Below are positions 38,500 through 49,362 of a stretch of DNA of 64,000 bases, in pieces; the stretch's first letter is position 1, and each line of letters opens with the position of its first letter. The notes beneath the pieces were generated by a model. The model was not told where the DNA came from and did not search any database. It was given only the letters and a program-made list of their open reading frames with translations. Source of the stretch: Scyliorhinus canicula (taxonomy: Eukaryota); the NCBI RefSeq assembly GCF_902713615.1, contig NC_052167.1:16775983-16839982 (forward strand), given 5' to 3'. The translations under genes were made by a program, and so were the position numbers.

Positions 38500-38848
38500 G
38501 GGCAGCATGGTAGCATTGTGGATAGCACAATTGCTTCACAGCTCCAGGGTCCCAGGTTCGATTCCAGCTTGAGTCATTGTCTGTGCGGAGTCTGCACATC
38601 TTCCCCGTGTGTGCGTGGGTTTCCACTGGGTGCTCTGAATTTCCTCCCACAGTCCAAAGATGTGTAGGTTAGGTAGATTGGCTGTGATAAATTGCCTTTA
38701 GTGTCCAAAATTGCCCTTAGTGTTGGGTGGGGTTACTGGGTTATGGGGATAGGGTGGAGGTGTTGACCTCGGGTAGGGTGCTCTTTCCAAGAGCCGGTGC
38801 AGACTCGATGGGCCAAATGGCCTCCTTCTGCACTGTAAATTCTATGAT
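38500..38848 (+). mobile_element. HE1-like SINE with 6-bp TSD aacgag
   Basis: TSD at 38494-38499 and 38849-38854; empty site visible in the paralogous copy at about 37178. Confidence 0.9.
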
Positions 38849-40481
38849 AACGAGTGTCAATGGGAGTGTGAATGCTTTTATTTGGGGCGGTGGGTGCGAG
38901 AATTCATGCCCATACAAATGTTTGCTAAATAAAATGTACCCCTGGGAAATCTTAACAATAACAGGGAAGTAGGTGCAGAAACTATGCATGCAAAAATAAA
39001 GTGCATTTCTTTTTTCTAATGATGGGATGCCTGTGCTGGCATACACTGACCTGTATTTGGGGGGGGGGGGGGGGGGGAGAACTTGGCTGGGGATTGACAA
39101 AACAACACAGGCGAGCGGGTTATGCGGGAGGTGACCGCTAGATGGGAATATTGCATTGTGTTTGGGACACATCAGCATCGGGTCACACACTGCAGACTAG
39201 TTTGAGCGGAAATGCTTTGCCTATGTCCGCAATAATAACTCAAGGGCCCATTAAACGGACGGAAAGTGGCCCAAATTATGAATATTATTGAATTATAAAA
39301 AAACGATTAGCTCTGTGAAATTACCCCGGACGGTGCAGGGCGCACCTCGCGTAAAGTCAGTCGCCTTTAATGTCTGAATTTAGTTTTCAACTCGGAATTC
39401 ATCATGAAACTGTGACCAGGCACCGCAAGCTCCAAATGGCATCAGGCTGTCGAGAATCTGGCTGGCAGATTCCTCAAACAATCGGATTCAACACCAAAAC
39501 ACTGGGGGTGTGGGGGGGGGGGGGGTTCAAACAGCAAATGTTACGCGAGTGCTGGGCACCAACATTAAAACAAGAGAAAGGTTTGAACATTCAAACGGTA
39601 TAAACTTGGGAGGTGAGGATGGGAATAAACAAATCCTGGGAACAACAATTGTGACAACAACTGTTAAGGGGGGTTGTTGGGTTACGGGTATAGGGTGGAT
39701 ACGTAGGTTTGAGTAGGGTGATCATGGCTCGCCACATTGAGGGCCGAAGGGCCTGTTCTGTGCTGTACTGTTCTATGTTCTATGTTCTAACTCTCGACTT
39801 GACCAGTCCTTGGCTAGGAAAACATTTGAAAATCAAACGCGTCCTTTCGACTAACAACTTAATCGATCGGGATTCTAAACACTTATACTTATTTATAATA
39901 TTAGTGATTTCAAACTCACTAAACAGGTTGGACAATTAATTGCATTCTAATCCATCAGACGGTTATAAATTTGGTTCAAACGGCAGACATTGAACAATTG
40001 ATACAATCTGCCCGGATCCACAGCTCAAAAATCAATCGATTAACAGTCTGCAGGGAGCAGGGAACTCGCAAATAAATGATCTGTTTTAAATTTTGTTTTA
40101 TTTAAGACTGGAGAGGAGGGGTGACGAAAATAAATCAAGCTGAGAGTTTTAAAAAAAACTGACCCAAAAAAAACTGTTGGCTGCGTGAATTCCCCGGGTC
40201 CATTTAGCTTCATTTGATGTTCATTTCGCCTGTCACCTTCGCCCTGACCGTTGACGTTTAATTGGCGGTAACCAGGAATCTAATAAAAGTCCCCATTTCT
40301 CTCTCTGTCTCTCCCTCCAGCATTAGCTCAACATCCATCCCCCCAGTCAGCTATTATGAGATCGACCCGGCCAGCTTCACAAAACATTTTGTTTTCTAAA
40401 GCAATCGCAACGAACTGTCACCAATAAACGAGGGAAATAAAATAAATAAAGTTAGGAGGGGGGAGAAAAACAATTAAAGAG

Positions 40482-40487
40482 TTTATT
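40482..40487 (-). terminator. Candidate Msx3 polyadenylation signal
   Basis: TTTATT on + (AATAAA on -), with TGTA just upstream and U-rich sequence downstream on the minus strand; implies a ~1 kb 3'UTR. Confidence 0.55.
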
Positions 40488-41497
40488 TGACCATCAATGT
40501 ACAAAAAGAAACAAGTGACCCATTTTACCATCTGCAACGCACTGTACACTCGTGTAAGGAAATGTAAACAGCTCTTAAAAAGTATCTTAAATGCACTTAA
40601 TATATATTTAAATATCGGTAAACACTCTTCAGAGTTGCTCCCTCCTGCTACGGCTGGCGGAGGTTGCGTCCAAAAAGCAAAATAAAAACAGAAGATAGAA
40701 AAACCCAGCCCTACTTCTACACGGTTTTTTGTTATATTTACAAGGAGGTCTGGTTGATCGAAAACAAAAAGTCCTTAAGCAAATGATCAGATCACACTTT
40801 CTGAAAACAAACCTCGTTTTAAACCTCCCCTGTCAAAGGGGTTGGGGCTGTTTTATACACAGATGAAGTTATAAAATGACAGTGAAAAGGTGAGACAATT
40901 TAGCAACGCCAAAACAAATAATATATAACTTCAACCCCCTCCCTGGAGCCACGCGTTATCAAGTCCTATGGCATTTGCTCCCCTTCAGCAAGTCTTGCTT
41001 GGTCCGTTCAAAGTGAGCTTCCAACTTTTCCCCCCACCCCAAATTAAAAGTCAGGAATCAACTCAAAAGTTCGTCAGGGAACACTGCAAAGCTCCAGAGT
41101 CCGCGGGACTGATCATCAAAACCCAAAGGCACTTGAAACCAAACGACAGCTATAATTATGTGGAGAGGATTTATCGCTTTCTTTTCTCGTCCCGCCGTGG
41201 AAATTTGGGGGGGGGGGGGCTTTTTTGGGGCGGTAGAGACTTCGATTTCTAGATATCGACTGTTCCGTGTATTGTTGCACTTTGTGAAGAGGGGGGAGGC
41301 TGACCCGCTTAAGTCTGGGGCAGAAAGTGGTGGGGGAAAATCCCAACCACTGCAAACTGTAGCAGATTATTGTGCAAGGATGTTGCCAGCCTCTGGAACA
41401 CTGCACTGCAACCTTGGGGTAGATGAGTTCAATTCTTTCAGGGGGTGCTGAATAAAGGCAGTGGGGGCTGGGGGGGGGGGGGGGGCACGGTTACAAT

Positions 41498-41913
41498 CTA
41501 TGATAAATAATACATTCCATATGTGACCGGGGCTGTGAGAAAGCCCGGCACAGGGAGGCCAGGGCGCTGGAAGGCGTTAGACGGTCCGTACAAGCTGGGG
41601 GAGGTGAGGTGCGAGGCGATGGGAAACGGCAGGCCGAACGACGGCAGCAGAGGCTTGGCCGCCAGTTTGAGCTTCTCCAGTTCGGCTTCCTGTAGCCTCT
41701 TGGCCTTGGCCCGTCGGTTCTGGAACCAGATCTTGACCTGGGTCTCGGTCAGGTTGAGGGAGCTGGAGAACTCGGCCCTCTCGGCGATAGACAGGTACTG
41801 TTTCTGGCGGAACTTGCGCTCCAGGGACAGCAGTTGCGAGGTGGTGAAGGGCGTCCTGGGTTTCCTGTTGTTTTTGTGTTTCCTCAGCGTGCACGGGGGA
41901 GGACTGGGGTGCC
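41498..41913 (-). CDS. MSX3: Msx3 exon 2, homeodomain ([57 protein letters not shown])...YGMYYLS*
   Basis: Canonical Msx homeodomain. C-terminal GMYYLS and adjacency to ZNF511/TUBGCP2 (as in mouse) point to Msx3. 415+416 nt gives 276 aa plus stop. Confidence 0.92.
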
Positions 41914-41967
41914 CTGCAATAAAAACAACCAGTTTTATTTAAAAATAAAGCACTTCAGCTGCTGTGC

Positions 41968-43349
41968 ATGGGGCGGACCATTCAAAACACTCAATTCTAC
42001 TCAACATGGAGCAAACCATTCAAAACACTGAACTCTACTCTACATGGAGAGGACAATTCAAAACTCTGAACTCTACATGGAGCAAACCATTCAAAACACT
42101 GAACTCTACTCGACATGGAGCGGACCATTCAAAACACTGAAATCTACTCTACATTGAGTGGACCATTCAAAACACTGAACTCTACTCTACATGGAGCGGA
42201 CCATTCAAAACACTGAACTCTACTCTACATGGAGCGGACTATTCAAAACACTGAACTCTACTCTACATGGAGCGGACCATTCAAAACACTGAACTCTACT
42301 CTACATGGAGCGGACTATTCAAAACACTGAACTCTACTCTACATGGAGCGGACCATTCAAAACACTGAACTCTACTCTACATGGAGTGGACCATTCAATA
42401 CACTGAACTCTACTCTACATGGAGCGGACCATTCAATACACTGAACTCTACTCTACATGGAGCAAACCATTCAAAACACTGAACTCTACTCGACATGGAG
42501 CAAACCATTCAAAACACTGAACTCTACTCTACATGGAGAGGACAATTCAAAACTCTGAACTCTACATGGAGCAAACCATTCAAAACACTGAACTCTACTC
42601 TACATGGAGCGGACCATTCAAAACACTGAAATCTACTCTACATTGAGTGGACCATTCAAAACACTGAACTCTACTCTACATGGAGCGGACCATTCAAAAC
42701 ACTGAAATCTACTCTACATTGAGTGGACCATTCAAAACACTGAACTCTACTCTACATGGAGCGGACCATTCAAAACACTGAACTCTACTCTACATGGAGC
42801 GGACTATTCAAAACACTGAACTCTACTCTACATGGAGCGGACCATTCAAAACACTGAACTCTACTCTACATGGAGCGGACTATTCAAAACACTGAACTCT
42901 ACTCTACATGGAGCGGACCATTCAAAACACTGAACTCTACTCTACATGGAGCGGACCATTCAAAACACTGAACTCTACTCTACATGGAGCGGACCATTCA
43001 AAACACTGAACTCTACTCTACATGGAGCGGACCATTCAAAACACTGAACTCTACTCTACATGGAGCGGACCATTCAAAACACTGAACTCTACGTGGAGTG
43101 GACCATTCAAAACACTGAACTCTACTCTACATGGAGCGGACCATTCAAAACACTGAACTCTACTCTACATGGAGCGGACCATTCAAAACACTGAACTCTA
43201 CTCTACATGGAGCGGACCATTCAAAACACTGAACTCTACTCTACATGGAGCGGACCATTCAAAACACTGAACTCTACTCTACATGGAGCAGACCATTCAA
43301 AACACTGAACTCTACTCTACATGGAGCAGACCATTCAAAACACTGAACT
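41968..43349. repeat. 38-bp minisatellite (about 36 copies) in the Msx3 intron
   Basis: Unit atggagcggaccattcaaaacactgaactctactctac. Confidence 0.97.
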
Positions 43350-44612
43350 CCACAAGAATGGCATTTTGACTCAATTATACCCATCCCATTATCAACAAAA
43401 TAGCATTGTCCAAAGCTTTTATTTTGAAATCTTTACAAATGCATTTTCCAAAGCTGACTGTATCAACAGCAAGATTTGGGTTTGTTTGTGCAATACAATT
43501 TACCTCACACCGCCTATGGAATGGGGCAAGTGCTAGAAAGAGGGATAAGTGCCGATTTAATGTCATTTTGTGGGTGCAGGCTCGATGGGCCTCCTCCTGT
43601 GCTGGTGTGGCGCCGTGACACAGGAGGCCAACATTGTGGATTTTTACATTTAAACCCCAAACAACATTGCATTCGCTCCCTTTTCTATGTCTAATTTTAG
43701 CTACGTTCATTCTGAAAGATCTCGACTGTCTCAGACAGTCCATTCCCCCCATATTTGATTTAACAATTAATGCACAATGGCCCTGAGGAGCTCCGGGGAC
43801 ACAGTTCCCCAGAATATTTGAATGGAACCCCTGTCGCTCCCGCTCCCCTGCATCAAGTGGGTTAGATCAAGGAGGGAGATCATCAAGGAGGGAGATCACC
43901 AGGGGGGAAATCCCACTGTAAAAACCTATCTCCTTGGAGCATTACAACTATTCCCAATCACCCTGGATGGAGAAGGGATGGGTGGCTGTTGCATCACTTG
44001 TTTGGGACTTCCGCGGTTGTAGAAATTAAACTGGGCGGCTCTCTAATGGCAGCTCGCACAGAACTTTCACTCTGATTGACCCAAAGACAAACGAATAAAC
44101 GAGGTTCCATTCGCACCAAGTTTAGGAAATGCAAACAGCTCCCACACTGGAGCTCCCCAGTGAATAGCATCTCTCTCGCTCTACACATCGTCACTTTCGG
44201 TCACGCTCCCACTTATCCAATATCGAGAGGTTTTCGGGTTTTTTTCTTCGATAGAGGAGATTGCGGATTTCATGTCGCTGCATTTACACCAGTACACATG
44301 ACCAAAAGACAGTGGAGTCCCAGTCAAACCGGGTTGGGGGAAGACCACGATTTAAATTCGGAAGCGGACAGACTTCAATAGATGTTTGGAATTTGCTAAT
44401 CTGGCATCAACCACTTCCCCATACGCCCTTTTTTTTTGTTAGTAACCAAATTCTGACTTGTCGAAGAACAAATATTTATATATCCATGTCCCGCAGTCTC
44501 TAACCTACAGTCACGATGACCCACAGTCTGGTCTCCAACCCACAATCCGGTCCATAACATAAACTGGTCTATATCACACAGTTCAGTCCATAACACAGTG
44601 TCCCGGTCCATA

Positions 44613-44896
44613 GAGGCGCCACGGTAGCACTGCTGTCTCATAGCGCCAGGGGCCGGATTCAGGGACAGTCTTGGGTCACTGCCTGTGGAGTTTGCACTTT
44701 CTCCCGTGTCTGTGGGCGTTTCCTCCGGTTTCCTCCCACAAATGTGCAGGTTAGGTGGACTGGCCATGCTAAAATTTGCCCAAACGTTGGGTGCGGTTAT
44801 GGGGTTGGTTGGGTGGAGGATTGGGCCTAAGTAGGGGGCTCTTTCAAAGGGTCGATGGGCCAAATGGCCTCCTTCTGCACTGCAGGGATTCTATGA
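44613..44896 (+). mobile_element. SINE in Msx3 intron
   Basis: Shared head, core and tail. Confidence 0.8.
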
Positions 44897-45076
44897 TAAC
44901 ATTGTCCGATCTATAACACAGTGTGGTCTATGTCTCACTGTCCCGTCCATGTCCCACAGTTTGGTCCATGTCGCTCTGTCTGATCTATAACATACAGTAC
45001 AGCCTACTGTCCCATTTGTATCCACAGTCCTGTTAAAATCCCACATCCGGTCTACGTCCCACAGTCCTGCCTATGT

Positions 45077-45390
45077 AATAATAATAATAATCTTTGTTAG
45101 TGTCATAAGTAGGCTTATATTAACACTAATGAAGTTACTGTGAAAATCCCCTAGTCGCCACCCTCTGGCGTCTGTTCGGGTACACTGAGGGAGAATTCAG
45201 AATGTCCAATTTACCTTAGAAGCACATATTTTGGGACTTGTGGAAGGAAACCGGAGCACCCGGAGGAAACCCACCCAGACACGAGGAGAACGTGCAGACT
45301 CCCCACAGTTAGTGACCCAGCGGGGAAATCGAACCTGGGACCCTGGAGCTGGGAAGCAACAGTGCTAACCACTGTGCTACCGTGCCGCCC
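45077..45390 (-). mobile_element. SINE in Msx3 intron
   Basis: Shared head and core; (TAA)n tail seen on the + strand. Confidence 0.85.
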
Positions 45391-45391
45391 C

Positions 45392-45712
45392 CATGTCCCA
45401 GAGCCCCGTCTATGTCCCAGAGCCCCGTCTATGTCCCACAGTCCGGTCTATGTCCCACAGCCCGGTCTATGTCCCACAGCCCGGTCTATGTCCCACAGTC
45501 CGGTCTATGTCCCACAGCCCGGTCTATGTCCCACAGTCCGGTCTATGTCCCACAGCCCGGTCTCTGTCCCACAGCCCGGTCTATGTCCCACAGTCCGGTC
45601 TATGTCCCACAGTCCGGTCTATGTCCCACAGCCCGGTCTATGTCCCACAGCCCGGTCTATGTCCCACAGCCCGGTCTATGTCCCACAGTCCGGTCTATGT
45701 CCCACAGCCTGG
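45392..45712. repeat. 19-bp minisatellite (about 17 copies) in the Msx3 intron
   Basis: Unit tatgtcccacag(c/t)ccggtc; degenerate copies also at about 44485-44612 and 44900-45075. Confidence 0.95.
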
Positions 45713-46203
45713 TCCTGTCATAATAATCATGACCCTAATGGATTATCCTAACCTCTGGGTCACTAACGGCCTTTTCCCGGGAGAATTCTCACTGGGCTTT
45801 ATCCGCCCTACATGGGCCAAATGGCCTCCGCCACTCCAGACCCACAGCAATGTGGTTGACTCTTGCCCTCTGAAAGGGGCTAGCAAGGCACGCGGTTCAA
45901 GGGCAATTAGGAATGACCAACAAATGCTGGGCCTTGCGGACGTCGCTCTCACAATCTGAAGAGGGAATTGAAAAAGTGCTCCTTATTCCTGTTTCTGCCT
46001 CACTGTTCACCACCCAGCTGTTGTCACTGTGGGAGGACCAGCTCAAATCCCACCCTCCTGGTCCACTCCTGGTTCAAACCACTGGGAACAGTTACTGTTG
46101 GGAGATTTTTAAAGAAATATTTAACAGACCCCGAATCTCCCCCCCCCCCCCCCCCCGGTGGGAGCTCAGCAGGCAGAGAGCAGAGAGGGAATCAGCCACT
46201 TAC

Positions 46204-46618
46204 TTGGAGGAGGTGAATATGAACCATTTTGAACCCACGCCGGCTGCTCCTTCTCGCTGGGGGGGTCCGATTGGTGCGGGGAGGGAGTCTGGGGAAAGTT
46301 TGCAAAGTCTTTCCCAGGGTGACCCTGAGTCCTGGAGGAACAGGAGGAGGAGGATTGCTCCTTCGCTCCTAAAGAGTTAACCACAGGCAGTGCAGGCTCC
46401 GAGGAAGGCTGCTGTGTCCTGAAGGGGTTGTGGTGGGAGATGAGCGACTCCACGCTGAAAGGCAGGCTGGAAATCTGAATTTTACATCCCTTCGAGCCCA
46501 CGGGCGAAGCTTGGCTGCAGTCTCGCCCCTTCCCCGCGGTCTCCGAGTCCTCCTGCTCTTTAATCCCCTGGATCAGAGACCCCTGCACAGTATTCATCAT
46601 CCGTGAGGAAGGGGCCAT
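46204..46618 (-). CDS. MSX3: Msx homeobox gene (Msx3/MsxC) exon 1
   Basis: MAPSSRMM...; eh1 motif LPFSVESLI; AWVQ..YSPPP end typical of Msx exon 1; donor CCAA|GTAAGT; 415 nt phase 1. Confidence 0.88.
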
Positions 46619-46739
46619 ATACACCTTAAGACCACTTTTTGTTGTTGTTTTACAACGAAAGCCCTCTTGTGCGACCCTCCGTCGAGCCACGGCAAATCAA
46701 TTAACTTCCCCCAATCTGCCAAAAACGCTTTCCTCAATT

Positions 46740-46900
46740 TGGAGCGCCGGGATTTGACTTGCTTTAAAAGTTCTTCCCAGTTTTCTGTTATCTCGCCGCC
46801 CTCCAATGGAATGGTTGGGTTAGGGTGCTGACGACGAAAATGCGGCCCCGATTGGTCCCTGGGTTCTAAAAGGCAACAATCATTTTGAAATAAATGAGTA
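46740..46900 (-). promoter_or_regulatory. Candidate Msx3 proximal promoter
   Basis: CCAAT on the minus strand at 46851-46855 and AT-rich TTTTAAA at about 46763-46769, upstream of the ATG at 46618. Confidence 0.45.
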
Positions 46901-47076
46901 GTTAATCATAGATCCCTTGCTGAGCACGTTTATTGATAGCTCAGGGGCTATAATCTCCTAGGAACACTGATCCACAACAACAATTCCGATGTAATTAAGC
47001 AGTGGGGCTGCCTTTAGCAAGATCTCTTTCTCATTACTGGTGACTTATTGAAACGATGCTTTAGGAGAGAGAGGTG

Positions 47077-47248
47077 NNNNNNNNNNNNNNNNNNNNNNNN
47101 NNNNNNNNNNNNNNNNNNNNNNNNNNNNNNNNNNNNNNNNNNNNNNNNNNNNNNNNNNNNNNNNNNNNNNNNNNNNNNNNNNNNNNNNNNNNNNNNNNNN
47201 NNNNNNNNNNNNNNNNNNNNNNNNNNNNNNNNNNNNNNNNNNNNNNNN
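47077..47248. other. Assembly gap (172 N)
   Basis: Run of n. Confidence 1.
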
Positions 47249-47810
47249 GGGGGAGAGGGAGAGGGGGGGGAGAGGGAGAGGGGGGGGGGGGGGGAGAGGG
47301 AGAGGGGGGGGGGGGGGGAGAGGGAGAGGGGGGGGGGGGGGAGAGGGAGAGGGGGGGGGGGAGGAGGGAGAGGGGGGGGGGGGAGAGGGAGAGGGGGGGG
47401 GGAGAGGGAGAGGGGGGGGGGAGAGGGAGAGGGAGAGAAGGGGGGGGGGGAGAGGGGGGGAGAGGGAGAGGGGGGGGGGGGAGGGGGCGGGGGGAGGAGG
47501 GAGGAGAGGGGGGGGGGGATAAACTAGCACGCCTGGTATTTAATACAAGCTACTCTTCAATATCAGAAGTTCCGAGGTACATTTTCTGCATATTTTCATT
47601 GGACAGATATTCCTGATTGGTAAATCTGTGCTTCCCTCCCCCCCACTACCCCCCCACCCCCCACCCCACACCCCCCCCCCCCCCCCCCCCCCCCACTCCC
47701 CCCCACCCCCCCCCCCCCCCCACTCCCCCCCACACTCTCCCCCCCACCTCTCCCCCCCCCACTCTCCCCTCCCCCCCCCCACTCCTCCCCCACTCTCCCC
47801 CCACTCACAC
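47249..47810. repeat. Polypurine G/GA tract (47249-47519) and C-rich tract (about 47630-47810)
   Basis: Low-complexity G runs, then C runs, seen directly. Confidence 0.95.
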
Positions 47811-49323
47811 AGACCCAAAGCCCCCATACAGCTAATAGCAAAAGCAATTCTTCCAAGATAAATCAAGGCATTTCAGAGGCAGACGAATTTTGTTATGGAA
47901 GGCGCCAGCTCCGGGAACATCAAACAGAGAAGCTACCTCAGGGCGAACAGGGCAACCAAACTGAACCAATTGTCCTCAAACTTTAATGTGTCCTGCATAT
48001 CTCTCTCTCCCACCCCCCCCCCCCCCCCCCCCAATCCCACCCCCTGATCATTCTCACCCTACTCTCCACAACTCCCAATATGATTTCATAAACACACACA
48101 CATTAGACATCCCTGTACGTTATTGCATTTTCTTTCCAGAGGACATGTCTGTTCACTATTTGCCTGGGAGTTTGACCAGGCTGTTTTTGTTTTATTAAAC
48201 TCTCTGCAGAGTTTTTTTTTTGCAAATGGAGAAGGGGGTTAATATCACTCTGTTCAGCTCCCCATCAAAGCGTTGCAGCTTTGTTTTAATTAAAAGTAAA
48301 ACTCCGGACCCACCATAAATTATCACGCTGCTGACATCATTAAAGTCTGCCGACAAATTACTGGGCAACTTAACCCCGGTCAAAGGGCTCGCAGCAAATT
48401 CTGATCACCATTTCTCTGCAAACTGTCCACTGTGGCAAAGAGAAGGAAGCCATTCGTTCTCAAACCTTCCATATTTGTACCTAACGCTGGAGCCGCCTCT
48501 CTCATTTACGGGATGTCTATTAATGATTTAAAAGTTGCTACTTTTCAGGTCGCCTGGAGAATGTCAGAATATGTTTTTTCACTGGCCCGAAGTATTTATT
48601 TAGATATTATTTTGAGTCTGAGAATCCCCACGGAGATCCATTAAATAACCGATTTGCAAACTTTTATAATATCCCACTGCCATTATCAGGTTGATTGTAA
48701 ACGACAATAAACCCCAGAGAGTACGTACGGTTGAAAATGGGTATTATTTAAGTGCAAACTATCATTAAATAGGATGGTTTTACTATGTGCGGTTGATTTC
48801 CTTTCGTTTTGGCCTTGCTGCTATTAGAAAACTTTCATTGAAGTTTCAAGCAGTTGTTTCTATCGCGGTGAGCGAACGTTCTGTCTCATGCCGGTGGGGT
48901 TAGGCAGCCGAGAGAGAGAGGCAGACCCGGAGAGACTGCATGGACACACAATCCGCTGGAGAGAGGTCAGGAGGGACACCGGGTGTGGGAGCTGCCTTGG
49001 ATGGAGAAGGGGAATAAGCACTGACCTGAGCAAAAAAAAATAACACAGCCAGTGTAGTGGGGCCTGACATGAAGGTGGTGGATCTGCCGCTGTGAAGACA
49101 GCCCGGAATGGAATGAGAATGCGGCACTCGCCTTGACAGCAAGGCTCCCCATCGGCTAACTTAAACCCTTCCAAGTGTATCTTAACTCAAACACCACCTT
49201 ACAGCGCGTCCATGAGAACAGATCCCAACTCCTCGATGAACCTAACTGCCAACACTGAGTACATTTTGTACTCAGACTACATTCTAAAAACAAGTAACGA
49301 TGTGATTGTTTGCAGTGTTCGCC

Positions 49324-49362
<39 letters not shown>

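Noticed and set aside
41523-41942. 139-aa plus-strand ORF
   Set aside because: Antisense shadow of the Msx3 homeobox exon.
41968-43349. CRISPR-like regular array
   Set aside because: Contiguous tandem units without unique spacers, in a eukaryotic intron, with no cas genes.
45362-45959. Repetitive ORFs (SMSHSPVYVPQPGLCP)
   Set aside because: Translation of the 19-bp minisatellite.
47045-47866. Pro-rich and Gly-rich ORFs
   Set aside because: Low-complexity G/C tracts and an N gap.
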